The notes below the pieces were generated by a model. The model was not told where the DNA came from. It was given only the letters and a program-made list of their open reading frames with translations, and did not search any database. A DNA stretch of 64,000 nucleotides, from contig CM119270.1 of the NCBI GenBank assembly GCA_051294375.1, positions 10,150,984 through 10,214,983 on the forward strand, in the 5' to 3' direction. A program made the position numbers and the translations under genes. Of this stretch, positions 38,401 through 53,068 are shown piece by piece (the stretch's first letter is position 1; every line of letters begins with the position of its first letter). Source of the stretch: Paraspadella gotoi. Its lineage: Eukaryota > Animalia > Chaetognatha.

Positions 38401-41400
38401 TTATCAAAAAAAAATGAAACATCTTATTATGTGTGGATAAGGCGCGTAAGTGGGCTGAAGATGACTATTCATAACTTCTTTAAACCCCCTCTAGCAGCTA
38501 TGGAACCAGGCTTGAGGGTTTCCACGCCCCCAAGGCGCTTACGGCCGTCCTCACACTTCCCGCAGGGTAGGTACCGGGTTGGATTTAACCCGGTTACTAG
38601 TGTCATGAGCTGATGGCTTTACTCAATGAGCCACCGGGTCACGACTGAAGGTGTCGTGCTTAGAGGCGGTCTGTGAACTTTGCTTATGCCGACTACATAT
38701 GGACCTCATTTAATTAATTTCTCATTCAAGAAATTATGAATGAAAAGTTTTGTAAATAGCACGGTTATTTTTTTTCATAGCGGTATCCCGGCTTCGGACG
38801 GCGTGATAATGGCCCCCACTGACGGAAGACGGCCTAAGGTTCACAGACGGAATGTTTCGGGGGCGAATACGGTTTCAGGAACAGCAGATTAACGACAACC
38901 GGACTGCCGGCGTCTAGCCAGGCTGAAGCCAAGCGACCAAAGAAAAATCGAAATTCCCAAACTCAGCTGTTCCGAGGAAGTGTCTCTTGCGCCCTTCTGG
39001 AGTGGCCGCTGGAATCGGTGAGGGAAATGGTTGGTGGTAAAACTATTTGCTTATTTGCCTAGTTTTTATTTTGTAAAGTGCTGGCGACGACTTATTAATT
39101 CGATACGGTCCGTTCGGTGAGCAAAGATAAGCCTACGTAAATGAAAATCATATAGGAAAAAACAGTTTTTGAATTGTTACAACGATTTTTATTGACATGA
39201 AAAGTCGACATGTTTCGACTCTTGACAGTTTTAGAGTCTCATCAGCAAGTGATTTTACAACAAGTTTTCTCTGGAAAGTTGAGTTAGAAGAGAGAGAGAG
39301 AGAGAGAGATTCCAAAAAGAATTGAGTGATGGATAGTGGTCAGTAGGGTGGGTGATGAAAAGATTGAGTGATTGAACATTTTTTTTTGCTGCTTATTAAA
39401 ATTTTTAGCTTAATAGTATAGTAAATTCAGTTATTTATGTAGAAATATCCTTATAAAAATTGTAAAATTTCAAAAATAATTTTTTTTAATTTTTACGAAC
39501 AGATTTAGATTCGTCGTAAAAAACTCAGAACTTTTATAAAAATATTTATATGATATTTTAATATATTAGATCACAAAAAATGATTAAACTTTTAACATAT
39601 ATAATTTCTTCTACAGAAATATCAAAAAGCTTGAATTTTTTTTTTTCAAATTTTAAATGAGCTAAAGAGATGACAGAATTTTTGATAACATGTATTATAT
39701 TTTTATTTTTTATGACAAATCTGAACTTTTAATAAAAGTTTTAAAAAAATATTTGTAAAATTTATTATTTATAAAGATATTACTATAGATATATTAATAT
39801 TTTACTATTCTGTTCCTGAACAATTATGAAACAAAATTATTTATTATTAGTAAATCATATTCATAATACATCTTAAATATCCTGTTACGATCAATTACAT
39901 CAAAATATTTTTTTCTTTCTTGAGTGCTCCACTCTATGGCGTCAGTTGTGAGACACTGGAGGTAAGGACAGGAAGGGGAATGAGTTGCTGAAAATGAAAA
40001 AGAGAGAGAGAGAGGACGGGAAATGAAATCAATACATTACAGTGAATGTCACAACAGAGAACAAATGTTAAGCAATAACATAAGTTAGTAAACTTAAGAT
40101 TAACTAACCGTTTTTCAAAGGAGGTATGGTGAGGATTTACTATCAAAAGCCCTTGCTGAAACACATCTAGTACTGAACTGGATGGAGACCAATTTTGACT
40201 TCTCCTCCCAAACTATGAATCACTTCATCACGCCGCAGATAGGCCAAGCCCAACCGCCACAACTGATCTCCCTCTCCCACTCAATGGCATAGCTAGATCC
40301 TCTCACCAGGGACAATGGATAGACCAGATACTCTCGCACCTGTAGTAACTTGGTACGAACTCTGCCTCAGTACCGGTTAGCACGCGCCACAAACGATAGG
40401 CTCGCAGAGGGCATAGAGAGGAGCTGATTCTCCTGTAGCAAATACAGGGCAAAAACAGACGACAATCCGCTCCTGCCTCACCGTTCAGTGAGAGGAGGGC
40501 TAGTCAGCAGGCTCTATCGAGTGCAAAGAGATATTCGGATGTGCACTTGAGCATTATTCACAGCGATAGCGGAATCACCTTACTACGACCCCAGGAATGT
40601 CACACTTCAGTGTAGATCACTATCCTCTGCCAGCCTATGGACCAGGCCAATGACCCGTATTTTATCTGTCAACGTCCTCCATTGTGCCGCGCCGTGGGGC
40701 CAGCCTCATTTTTTGAGCTCTCTCTTTTACTTTATTCTCACTAACTCATATTAACTACCTATCACACACACCACTTATTCTACTTCTATTATCACATTTC
40801 TCACAACATTTTTACCTAATTATTTTCTTTGTTATTAATATAATACCTTAGTTAATCTTTAAGTTTACTTAATTATACTACCATTGATCTCTGTTGTAAA
40901 TTTATTTCATTTGTCTTCTCTCTCTCTCTCTCTCTTTTTCATTTTTCACAAACTACTTCCCTTATCCCTTCCTTACCTTCAAGCTGTCCTCACATAATAC
41001 CACTATCCCTCACTAAATTCTTTGTTGGAATCTCTCTACTTAGTTCTTTCTCTCTCTCCTAACTCAACTTTCACAGAAAAACTGATGTAAAATCACTTGC
41101 TGATGCAGACTCTAAAAACTAGTCCGAAGAAGTCAGAAACATGTCCGACTTTATCATGTCATAAAAATCGTTATGTTACAATTCAAAACGTTTTCTCTGA
41201 AAATCTACACAACAACGAAAAAGAAAGTTATACACAAGGGCTACTTATATAAAAAAAATAGTTCTATAATAAATTTATTTTAAAAAGACTGGTTCGTATC
41301 TTAAATAATGACGCAAACGATTCTGAAGGATTCTATCAATACTTATTATTTTTTTTCCACCCGCCCACGCACGTTCTAGGCATCTTCAGTTGTAAGAGAG

Positions 41401-43478
41401 TCGAGGCCGGTTATCTTTCGGCCCTTTTGAAGGAGAAGTCAATTTTCAATAATGCCTCACCACGTCGAGGACAACGTCCGCACTAAAAATGGATGCATCT
41501 TACGTTTGGGAAGTTCTCGACGAGGATTCCGACTGAGGGTTCATGTTCTTATTTAATACAAGACCTTGCCACACCCACATCCGATACAATTTTAAGCTTT
41601 AAACTCTTTCTCGCTCTTGTGTTCTTCCTTCTTAACATTTTCGCCAATCGCCTATCCACTAAATCCTAACTAATGTACTTAATGTTACCTCTTTTCTTAC
41701 GGTCTTACATTTTTTTACGTATTTTTTCACATTTCGCGTTCCATCCGCAAACTTTTCTTTCCAGTTAAGGTATTAAATTACTATTAACTTCTTTTTACTT
41801 TTCTCTTTTTTATTCTTACAGTCCTCTTCTTCATCAACGCGATTCCGGTACATGGGAATTGGATGCGTTACGTTTCAGTGTGCGCAGATTTTTCGAAGAA
41901 CAGAACATAGTGACGATTCCGGAGGACCTCAACATTTACTACAAAGGTCATTAATCTGTGGGTCCAAATTCAGGAATTGCTTACCTTCTATGCAAGAATC
42001 AGTGGCGGCCGAGAAGGGGCAATCGAAACAAGCGACGCACGACCGCCAGCCCTCGCTGTAGGACGGTCAGTCGGGGTGGTGGGCCAAAGACCAAAGACCA
42101 TGAAATGCGTGAATACTGACGGAGATGCTTTTTTTCTTTTGTTGGAGACGACTGGGAATGTGAATACAGACCCCAGGCTTCATATTATAACATGTGTACT
42201 AAGTGGGCACAGCACAGACTTTAAAGCTGCCTCACTGCTGGTCCGTCCTTAGCTCGTCTCAATAGCTGAGCAACTAAATCATCTCATTATCCAATCCCGG
42301 TGGCGTTCCGGGTTCAATCCCCGAGGTATCCGGTTCTGGCTAAATGTGACGGTGCGGTATAAACATGCAGTGACAGGAGGCGGTCACTGAGGGTCGCAGC
42401 CCCTACGCAGTTGGTGAGATACCCCGCGCCCCGGGTATCACAGGCTATCCTCCCCGTTGCCATAGTACCCCTTTTTGTGACCAGAACACGTTCCGAGAAA
42501 ACTATTTGAATAGATTTAATGAAATTGGTGTGGTATGACTCCCTATGTGAATACAATAGAAATATTGAGGCGAACTTTTCCCAATATTTGGCCCTGAGCC
42601 GAGATATGGGGCCCGGTATGGGTCACTCCATGGGGCCAAAAACATGGTCAAAATTTCATTTTATTAATTTTTATTTTTTTGTTTGTTTCTGAACCGTGCC
42701 CAGACGTTTACACTTGCTCAAAGTATTTATTTCCACAAAAATATTAGTTTAACATACAGTTTCCAGCTTCAATGAACATCAGCTGTCAAGACAGATTTGG
42801 AATAATTCTGGAAAAATTGTGGAGAAAAACGAATGAACCATGACTATATCTTCAAAACCGATTAATTAGCAAAAATTTATTAATTGTTGACGTTTTAAAA
42901 ATATTCCTCTCCTCTTTATGGACTTGTTGCACTTCATATACATCCGAATAAGTTAATCTCTGATTCTATAAATATCACAAATGTTCGTCAGCATCAACAA
43001 TCTTTCATCGGAATCCTTACTCGTGATATTAAATTTATGAAATGTCACTCTCAATTATTGAAGTTTCAACCTTATTAATTGTGAGATTTCTCTTATTCCG
43101 ATTACCACTTTAAATTATCATCTTGTCATTTACATTTTTTTAAATTCATCTAAAAATGATTATTATATATGAAGCGTAATTATATCTATCACTTTCCTAG
43201 TGAATATAACAGGTTTCTTTCTGTTGTCTTTTTTTTCTCTTCATATAATCAAACTCAACTGTACTATCTTCTTTCACTACCTATAATCTAAAAAACTCTC
43301 TTCATAGTCAAATCGCCCATTCCTCACTCCACTCTCGAGTTACACTGCGTGTTCAAATTCAATGATATAATATTCTATTTGTTTTTTCCAATTTAAATCC
43401 TCATTTCCACTCGAAACTTCATATCATCGCTTCAATCATCACACTTTCCTTACCCACACACACAAATTTTCCATTCCA
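35478..43478 (+). repeat. 8-kb inverted duplicate of ~26043-33780, including frameshifted copies of PRDM exons 1-3 (probable fold-back read artefact)
   Basis: Collinear reverse complement containing every nested transposon. Exon copies at ~38780-39018, ~41380-41538, ~41821-42065. Indel noise increases towards the N gap at 43479. Confidence 0.88.
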
Positions 43479-43919
43479 NNNNNNNNNNNNNNNNNNNNNN
43501 NNNAGAAAAACCTCTATGTTTCGAGTTCTTCATTTAGCTTATTAAAACTTAATAAAACCTAATAAATTGTGTTCAAAAACGAATTTCAATACCTCCGTAA
43601 ATATAATGCAGTATAACTTTTGTAAGTGTCTTTTCAATATGATACTGTTAATTCAAAATTTTTTTGAAAAAAAAATGCTTATTTTTTATTACATATACAA
43701 AGGCAGCAAAAAAAAATAACATTACCATCCAAAAATATTTTTATAATGCAGTTATAGTTTTGTAGGTCCTTTTTTAGAAATAGTTTTGACTTTAAAAAGA
43801 TTGAATGGGATATATGTAAAAGATATATAATATATATTATATATATTATATATATATAATATTATATATATATATATTATATGAGAGGCAGGTTTTGAAA
43901 AGGATAAGAATAAAAATAA

Positions 43920-45210
43920 TTTTGCAAAAACTTTTATTTGACACAATGCTTATTTCTGTGCAAATCTGTGCAATAAAAGAGTAAAAAGCATAATTTGTGT
44001 TAATTCTGTACAATTCCTGTGCAAAAAAAATTGTTGTCTCTGTTACCCAATCCTTTTGCAAAAAATATAAAAATCAAATTTGCACAGATTTGCACAGGAA
44101 TAAAAAATAGTGCAATTTTAAATTTTTTTTAGTTTTGGAAGATTAAATGAAATAAACATAAAAAATACATATTTCATATTGTTACAGATTTAAACCAGGA
44201 TTTAAAAGGACTTATCTTGTTACAAAAAAATTTTACTTTCTTTTAGCACCATTCTTTATTCCTGTGCAAATTCTGTGCAAATAAAAGAGAGAAAAAATCT
44301 TTGGTTAAATGCTGTGCAATCCTGCTTGCAAACAATTTGTTTATATTTCTGTGCAATCCTGTGCAAAATAAGGAAAAAGGAGAAATAGCAGTTTTGAATG
44401 GTGTATAATCAGTGCAAGAAACAATTTGTTTGTCTTCTTTGCATCCTGTGCAAAATAAAAAAATCAATTTGTACAGATTTACACAGGAATGCTGTGCATT
44501 CTGTTGAAAAAAAAATGTTTTGTCTCTCTGAAAAAATAAATTTGTAACAAGATTTGCACAGGAATAAAAATTAATGCAATATTAGTATTTAGTTGCCATT
44601 TTTTACATTTTTATGGTTACAAATCTGTGCAAATAAAAAAAGCTAGAAATATCGAGTTGCTTAATTCTGTACACTTGTACAGATTTGTTTACAGATTTGC
44701 CACAGGATTAAAAAAAGCATAAAAAATATTTATTTAGTTACATTTTAACTTTTTTAGGTCTATTTTTTACCTTGCAAAGTTTTGCACGGATTAAAAAATA
44801 AAAGAATCTGTGCAAAACTTATAAAATTTTTATTGGCACAATATTATTTTTCCTGTGCAAATCTGTGCAATAAAAAAAATAGAATTAACAATTGTGTAAT
44901 GGTTTATTTGCACAGGTTTGCAAGGAATAGGATTGTGCCATAACAATTTAATTTTTTTGTGCTCTTTTTATTTCCTGTACAATCTGTTGCATGAATGATT
45001 TTTTTATTTTGCACAGAATTGCATAGGGAAAATCAAAACAAATTTTTTTGGCACAAGATTTGCACAGGAAAATAGGATTGTGACAAAATATTTTAATTTT
45101 TCTTGATGCTATTTTATTCCGGTTTTAATTCAGGGCATTTTATTTTTATTTTGCGCAAGGATTTCATAGAAAGTCAAAAGCAAATTGTTTTTTGTCATAG
45201 GATTGCACGC
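43920..45210. repeat. Array of short TTTGCACAG / CTGTGCAAA motifs in both orientations
   Basis: The motif recurs more than 20 times at irregular spacing in AT-rich sequence. Confidence 0.7.
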
Positions 45211-46679
45211 ATTATAACAAAAATCGGACAGACAGACAGACGGACTGGACGGACATCATTTTTGCATAATCATAATTGATGTTCTGGACATGAAAAGTGA
45301 GTGATGCCCGACAATGATTGAGGAGCGGACCGACGGACCATCAAATAATTAAGTAGTCAACGGAATCTCATAATGCTTAGTATTCTGTACTAAATATTTT
45401 TTGCAAAAATTGTGATTTATCACCATGATAGTGATTCCTTGCTATAATTATATTCTATATATTGTAAAAAAAATTTATGGGAATACTTTTAATTTTTTTA
45501 ATTGATTCTGATAGAGCTTAAAAACGTTAGAAAAAAATATAATTACAACTTTTTTAAAATTTTGATGTTTTGTCACTGAAAATGAAGCAAAACTTACTAA
45601 AATCATCGGATGATGATGATGAGGGATGATTTTTAAAAATTTTTCCCAATTTTGACCCAACTTATTCATCAAAATATTGAAAAAAAATGTATACTTGTGT
45701 AAACAACCTTATAAGGCTTATCGAATCTACTTTTAAAATACCAAATACCCTAAAAATGTTTGACATTTCCTATCTATTAAAATAAATATTAAAAAATTAA
45801 ATACTAGTGCTTCTACCATTTTAAGAAGAATTTTTGGTCCATTGAAAGGTTTCTCAGAAATGTACAAAATTTCATTTGGGGAAGGTTCCCAAATCAAACT
45901 TCTGACCCACCCCATTGACAAGTTTGGCTCTAGTGAGGGGGCGGAAGCGGACAACAAAAGTGGGCCTATAGAGCAGGATATGCGAAAAGCAGATACGACT
46001 AAAAAACAAAAATTATTTAAAAAAAATTGAATTTCTTTACTTTTATTGAGATGGGAAAAAAAATTACATTTTCTCTCTCTCTCTCTCTCAGATAAAAATG
46101 ATTTGATTGGGCTGATTGCTCCGATTTTGAGTGATTAATGAAATTTTTTTATTTAATTGTTAATTAAAAACTGTTTATGACTATTTTTAATATTATGAAA
46201 GTTATAATAAACCAAAACCCAACTATTTTTATTGCAGTATGATTGAGTTGATTGATTGATTGATTCGCACAAGACAAGACATTTTCACAAAATTAATGAT
46301 TATAGTCGCATAAAAAAATTTGACATTCATTTGATCAATAAATGACGATCATCTCTTCAATAAATGGACTTATTCATTTCTCAAAATGGATTATCATCAC
46401 ATTTAATGAATGCTTATTATCGCCCTGAATGGGAATTATAATCATTGATATCAATAAAAAAATTTTCTTTTAGATTTTTTAGAAATTTATACAGATTTGC
46501 AAAAATCTAATTTTGCAAAAGTAATCAGCTGGTTTTGTCTGTCTTGTCAGTCTGTCCCCAGTTAGTATTAAAAACCCAATAAACTTGGGTAAATTTTTTT
46601 TTTAATTATTGTTTGTTAAAATAGTATAATGTATAATGAGATGCTATTTCAGGCTTTACATGGCACAGATTTCATACTT

Positions 46680-47570
46680 GTGACCACAGATAGCCGCTAC
46701 TGACAGAGATTCTCTAAAGATCTGTGACAACCCAGTGGCGCCCACAACCGTGTCACCAAATAATATTTTTGTTTCTTAATCCCCATATTTAACCCCCGCA
46801 CTTTAAAAAGCCCCAGCCTTCCCCATTATTTTTCTTTAGATACAAAGACAATTTTTCTTCTTTTTGTGACGCGTGGTGGCGCCCACTGGACAAGAGATTC
46901 TCTAAGGAATCTTGACACCAGTGGCGGCCCACACCGTGTCCACAAAATAAATTTTTTGTTTCTTAATCCCCATATTAACCCCGCACTTAAAAAAGCCCCA
47001 GCCTTCCCTTATATTTTTCTTTAGATACCAAAGACCAACTTTCTTTCTTTGTGACACAGTGTAGGCGACCCACTGACCAAGAGATTCTTCTAAGGGATCT
47101 TGTGACACCCAGTGGCGCCCACACCGTGTCACAAATAATATTTTTTTGTTTCTTTAATCCCAATTAACCCCCGCACTTAAAAAGGCCCCAGCCTTCCCCA
47201 TATTTTTCTTTAGATACAAAGTGAGCATATTTTTCTTCTTTGTGACAACCAGTGTGGGCCACTGACCAAGAGATTCTCTAAGGATCTGTGGACACCCAGT
47301 GGGGCGCCACACCGTGTCACAAATAATATTTTTTTGTTTCTTAATCCCCATATTTAACCCCCGGCGCGTGAAAAGCCCCAGCCTTCCCTATTTTTCTTTA
47401 GATACAAAGGAACAATTTTCTTCTTTGTGGACCACAGTTGTGGCGCCCACTGACCAAGAGATTCTTAAAGGGATCTGTGACACCCAGTGGCGCCCACACC
47501 GTGTTCACCAAATAAATATTTTTTTGTTTCTTTAATCCCCATATTTAAACCCCCGCACTTAAAAGCCCCT
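46680..47570. repeat. Tandem satellite, ~187-bp unit, about 4.7 copies
   Basis: CACTGACCAAGAGATTCTCTAAGG..GTGGCGCCCACACCGTGTCAC recurs at ~46700, 46885, 47071, 47260, 47448. Confidence 0.9.
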
Positions 47571-50500
47571 AGGATAGTCGCAATTGCAAGAGAGAAGAGA
47601 GATGAGAGCAGAAAACATGACATAAGATCGTTGCAATTGCAAAGAGAGAGAGAGAGAGAGAGATGGAGAGAGAGGAGAGAGTCCGAGATAAAAAATTAGC
47701 GAATAAAAAAGTTGTTATTTTACTCACTGAATAAAAATTCTTAAATACTTTACAAAAGTACATAAAAAATTGATAAAAATTATTAATTCCGATAACATTG
47801 TTTAATCACATGCAATATCTTGTAAGGCGGGCCAAAATTGAACACTTTTTTATAACTTCTAGTTCTCCCAAAAAAAATTCTTTTTTCCTTTTACTACTAA
47901 ATCGATTGTCAAGTAACTTTCGCCCCTTTGTGAATTAGTTCATTGAGTTGTTGCGCTGAAGCTTCTTAATTATTATGTAATATAAATTTTTTTTAGAACG
48001 GTTCTTGAAAGAGCTTAAAAGGTTAAATTGAAAGTAGTTACTATAATTTTTTTTCAAATTTTGACCAATAAATTGGTTAAAGAATAGAAAAAACCTTAAA
48101 AATTCATTCATCATCATCATATTGGCTGAATTTTATTTTTTAAATTTTTCATTAATAAAACAAAAAGAATTTGTAAAAAGTTGTATTAATTAACCTTAAT
48201 CTAACTTTTAAAGCTCTATCAGAATCTCTAAAAAAAATTAGGATAAGCCAAAATTTTTAAAATTATTTTTCAATTTCATATTAGTTTTAATAGTCGGCTT
48301 AACCGATTATTTATTTGAGAGAGAACTTCGTAGGTTTTCAACCTGTTCGGGCGGGAGCGCAATATCTGAGGTACATGCGGGCCAAAAATTGAGACTGGTT
48401 TTATGATAAGAGAGCCCAAACGTCGTCAATGGGGTTTGTGGTCAGAAGTTTGATTTGCGGGGCGAACGCTTCCCAAATAAACGTTCATACATTTCTGAGA
48501 AAAAACTTTCAATGGAGCAGAAATTTTCTTAAAACTGCTAAAAGCGATGTAGTAATTTTTTTTAATTATTTATTAAGATAGGAAATTTCAAAAAAATTTT
48601 TTTAAATTTTTATTTTAAAGGGAGATTCAAATAGCTGATATGAAAAGTTTATCTATACAAAGTATAAATTCTTTTTTTCAATATTTTTGATAAGTGGTTA
48701 AAAATTGGGGAAAAAACTATAAAAAATTATGCATTCATCATCATCCGATTGATTTTACAGTTGTTTACTAATTTTTAGTAATAAAAACATTCCAAAATAC
48801 TTCTGGTTCTGAACATTTTGCAAAAAAAATATTTTAATACAAATAATTAATACAGTAACTTTTTTCGAGTCGGGATCTGCTGATAAGCAGATTCGACTAA
48901 AAATTTTAAAAATGTTGTGATTTATCATCTGATTAGCTGATTACCGCTTAATTATCGTAAGCAGATCCGACATTATTTGCTCAAACCTGTTAGGAACAGA
49001 TTTGGATTCGCCGTAAAAAATTAAGAAACTTTTATAAAATATGTTATATGATATTTTAATGTTTGGATCACAAAAAATATAAGTTTCTATTACAGAGAAT
49101 AAAAAAGTCATGAATTTTCTTTGTTTTTCCGTTTTAAACGCTGAAGATGACAGAATTTTTGTTAACATGTTTTATATTTTTGATTTAACTTTTTGTGAAG
49201 AATCTGAATCTTTATTAAAAGTTTAAAAAAATATTTTTAAAATTTACTATTTTAAAAGGATATTACTACAAACATATTATATTTTACTATTCTGTTCCCG
49301 AGAAAATTTGAACAAAATATTTTTTGTACTAGTTAATCATACTAGCTCACATCTAAATATCTTTGTTTGATCATTCAAATAAATTTTTTGTTCTCGAGTG
49401 CTCCACTCTAGTGAGTATATTTGTTGAAGCAATAGTGAATAAACACAAAAAACGGGTGAGGCTTTATTTGTTGTCAAAGATCGAATTTTATTTTCATTAA
49501 ATCGCGATCTAGCTAGAGATTTCATTGAAAGAATTAAATCGCTGATACGAACGACTAAATTTTTTTAAAGTCCTACGTCTTAAATATCATTCAAAAATTG
49601 AGATGATAAATATCATTTAAAGAATCTACAGAGGTGGGAACATATATCGAGACAAAATTTAAAAAGTCATAACTCTAAAACTTGTAATGATTTTTAAAAT
49701 CTGAATAAATATTTGTATAATACTCTTTCTTAGCTTTTAGACGATATATATAATACGGTGTGTCCCAATGGTACAGTCTGTTAAGAAAAGCTTACTGCTC
49801 CTATACCAAATCGAAAAGCTTTAATTTATTATAATGAATATGCGCACATGTATGGACCATTTTATGGGATACCTAAATTTTAAAAATTGAACAAAGCAAA
49901 CTCCTGTAGTTAATAACTACTAGTTATTATATAAAGAAATTGGTAAAAAATTGTTTTCAGTGATTTTTTAAAAAAATTCTTCAATTATATATTTTTTAAT
50001 ATTTATCAAATATTTTTTATAATATTTAATAAATAATGTATTAAATCTTTTCTTTAGATGCAGGAAAGTAAGAAACTACCTCATATTTTTAGTTCCAGAG
50101 CTTTTATAATCCAGTAATCATTATTTTTAAAATTATCTACTTACCTTGTTCATATTACTTTTTGAATTGATTTAATAATAATTTATTGAATAAATAGCAA
50201 CCATTTTGTTCCGGCTTAATAATTCAATCGGTCAAAATTTTAAATAAATATCAAATTAATTAACATATTTTTATTAATTTTTATATTTTTTTAATATTTA
50301 TTTATTTTATTATTAATGCACTTATTTTATGCAAATTAAAATTTAAATAATTTATATCTTTTTAAAATATTTTTTATGTAATTTTTTAATAAAATTTATT
50401 TTAAAATAAAAAAATTATATAAAAATTAAAAAAGTGAGAAATGAGGACTCATTTAAAATTGAAAGTCCCTGCTAAGAAAAATTGATAAAAATATGAATTC

Positions 50501-50719
50501 AAAATATGAATCATAAATGGTAAGAACTTATCTTTGACATGTTATCTCAAAAATAACTTTTTAATAATACAGTTTCCGTCAATATGTAAAAGTTAACCGA
50601 CAGTACCATTGGGACACACTGTATATGCCAGAGTGTATGATACTTTTTTGATGCAGCAAAGGCAGAAAAGTTTTGAAACTTATTGTCTAATCTCATTCTA
50701 AGACATTGTAGTTTATGAT

Positions 50720-50883
50720 AATCCTTTCTTTTCGTTGTAAATGATTTAGAGAAAAACACAAAGTTTTATATTAGTTTTCAACGAATTTGTTTTTATTGGT
50801 AAACAGACATTTCGGCTTTGGTTTTTTCAAACCTTCTTCATGTGTTTTTAGTTTGTGAATTAGACAAAATATTGTGCAAAGAA

Positions 50884-50920
<37 letters not shown>

Positions 50921-51624
50921 GTTAAAGTTTCCAACAAAGTGGTGAGACAGAATAGTGGTCAGAGGTGAGGACAGGGTAAGTTGAACACAGATTGAGTGAG
51001 TTTTGAAAAGAAATGAAATTTGTTAGAGAGAAAGAGAGAGAGAGAGAGATAGACACTTAACAGGGATAATAAATAATTAAATAATACATTGTGCAATGTA
51101 CAACAGTGATAAATGTTTAAAAACTGAAAAAGATTGGTGAGAATTTTTAACAATTGTAAAAGAGTGAATAAATAATTCAATATATGTACTAATTAGCTAA
51201 AAAATTTGGTGAAAATGTGAAGTTGAAAAATGAAAAAAGTTTAGGTTATATTTTTATTGCTATATAAGAGCTAAGAAATTGAATTTAAGGAGTAAGAAAG
51301 AGCTCAAAATGAGCTGGCCCCCCTTGGTTGTGCAAAGGAAGGACATAAAAAAAAAAAAAAAAAAAAAAACTCACTCAATCTGTGTTCAACTTACCCTGTC
51401 CTCACCTCTGACCACTATTCTGTCTCACCACTTTGTTGGAACTTTAACATTCCTTTTCCTCTCTCTCTCGTCTCTCTCTCACTCTTCTTTATGCCTGCAA
51501 TATTTTCTGTCTAATTCACAAACTTAAAAAACACTGAAGAAGGCCTTGAAAACCAAAGCCGAAACAGTCTGTTTACCAATAAAAACAAATTCGTTGAAAA
51601 CTAATAAAACTTTGTTTTTCTCTA
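50720..51624. mobile_element. Coding-less Penelope-like insertion made of two inverted pseudo-LTRs
   Basis: 50747-51000 is inverted relative to 51370-51624. Shares GAGCTCAAAATGAGCTGGCCCCC with the other PLEs. TCTAAGACATTGTAGTT is duplicated at ~50697 and ~51621. Confidence 0.78.
51531..51572 (+). ncRNA. Minimal hammerhead ribozyme variant
   Basis: ACA-CUGAAGA-AGGCCUU(GAAAACCA)AAGCC-GAAAC-A-GUC|UGU. Core intact, stem III very short. The inverted partner (~50802-50845) is degenerate. Confidence 0.55.
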
Positions 51625-51974
51625 AGACATTGTAGTTAAAAATATTTTTGGAATTACTTATTTATAGTATAATAATGCTTCTGGCAAGGTGTACATTGCA
51701 TTTGAAGTCAGCAGGTTCGGGTAAGTTACTGTTAGTGTTTCAAATGGTCTAATTATCGAGCCAGACGGCGAAGCCCGTCCTGGCTAGATCTTGTTTTGGT
51801 TTCGTTTCTTTGTGACGTCGTCGCCGTCGTCGTTGTCGTCGGCTTCGCGTTTTTTTTTATATAAAAACTACTACGGTTTATATAGTTTTGGCTGGGACTT
51901 AGTTTTTTAAAATAAAAATTACTATGAATTACGATATTTTTTTATAAAAGTGTGCGTCATAGTAAGTAAAAATG

Positions 51975-52730
51975 AAATTATGTGTGTGGGTATGGAAGTG
52001 TGTGATTGAGTTGGATATGAAGTTTCGATGGAATCGTGCGAGTGGAAATGAATTTAAATGGAAAAAACAAAAAAAATATATTTCACTATTTGAATGCCAA
52101 TTACTCATTAGTGGACGGGCCGATTGACTTGGAATTTTGTATGTGAGTAGGAAATCAAGTTTTGATGGAATCGTCTGAGAGGAAATGAGTTTAAATGGAA
52201 AAAACAAAAAACCTGTTTCACTGATTGATTATGCTTTTTTTTATAATAAATATAAATGCAAGATTTATTAATTAATTAAATAATTAATCAGTTAGTCAAT
52301 TAATTAATAAATGATTATTTAATTGGTCAATTAATCAATTAATTTATTTAGTTATCTATTAATTAATTATTTAATCAATCAATCAAGTCAATCGTTATTG
52401 GAATTATTGTTGTCGTCGCCATCATCCTCGTTGTTTCTTTTGTCATTGTCAGTGACGAAAAGATCTATAAACTAACCTTTTGAATCAAATTAATTAATTT
52501 ATAAATTAAATTATTATTTTAGTTTATATAGTTTGTATTAATTAATTATTTAATTACCGCTAATGATCGTGGGCAGATCCGACATTGTTGGCTCAAACAT
52601 ATTCCATTTAAACTCATTTCTAATCAGACGATTCCATCGATTTCCAGCTTAATCACACACTTTCCTATCCACAATTTCAAATCAATCGCCCCATTGGCGT
52701 TCAAATAGTGAAATATATTTTTTTGTTTTT
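51975..52730 (+). mobile_element. HINE family 1 fragments
   Basis: Family-1 body and 3' end GCAGATCCGACATTGTTGGCTCAAAC at ~52573-52598. Confidence 0.6.
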
Positions 52731-52734
52731 TTTA

Positions 52735-53036
52735 TTGTAACGCTTTTGCGCATCAGTGGCGTCGTCGTCGTTGTCGTCATCGTTGTCGTCTTTGGCGGCG
52801 GCGTTGTCGTCGGCATTGTCGTTGGCGTACCAAATTATAGATTGCCTTTTTTATGATTAAATTTGGGTGTATGAAGCTGAAAATTTATATACACCTTCTC
52901 ATCATCGATGTGCTTCAAATTGGGTCAGTACAGTTATTAAATATGTTTTGTTTACTTTTTATCAAAACAAACAAATTTCCTTTCTTTTATTTTTATGTTT
53001 CCTTCTCTCTCTCTTTTATCTTTCAATTATATGTAG

Positions 53037-53068
<32 letters not shown>

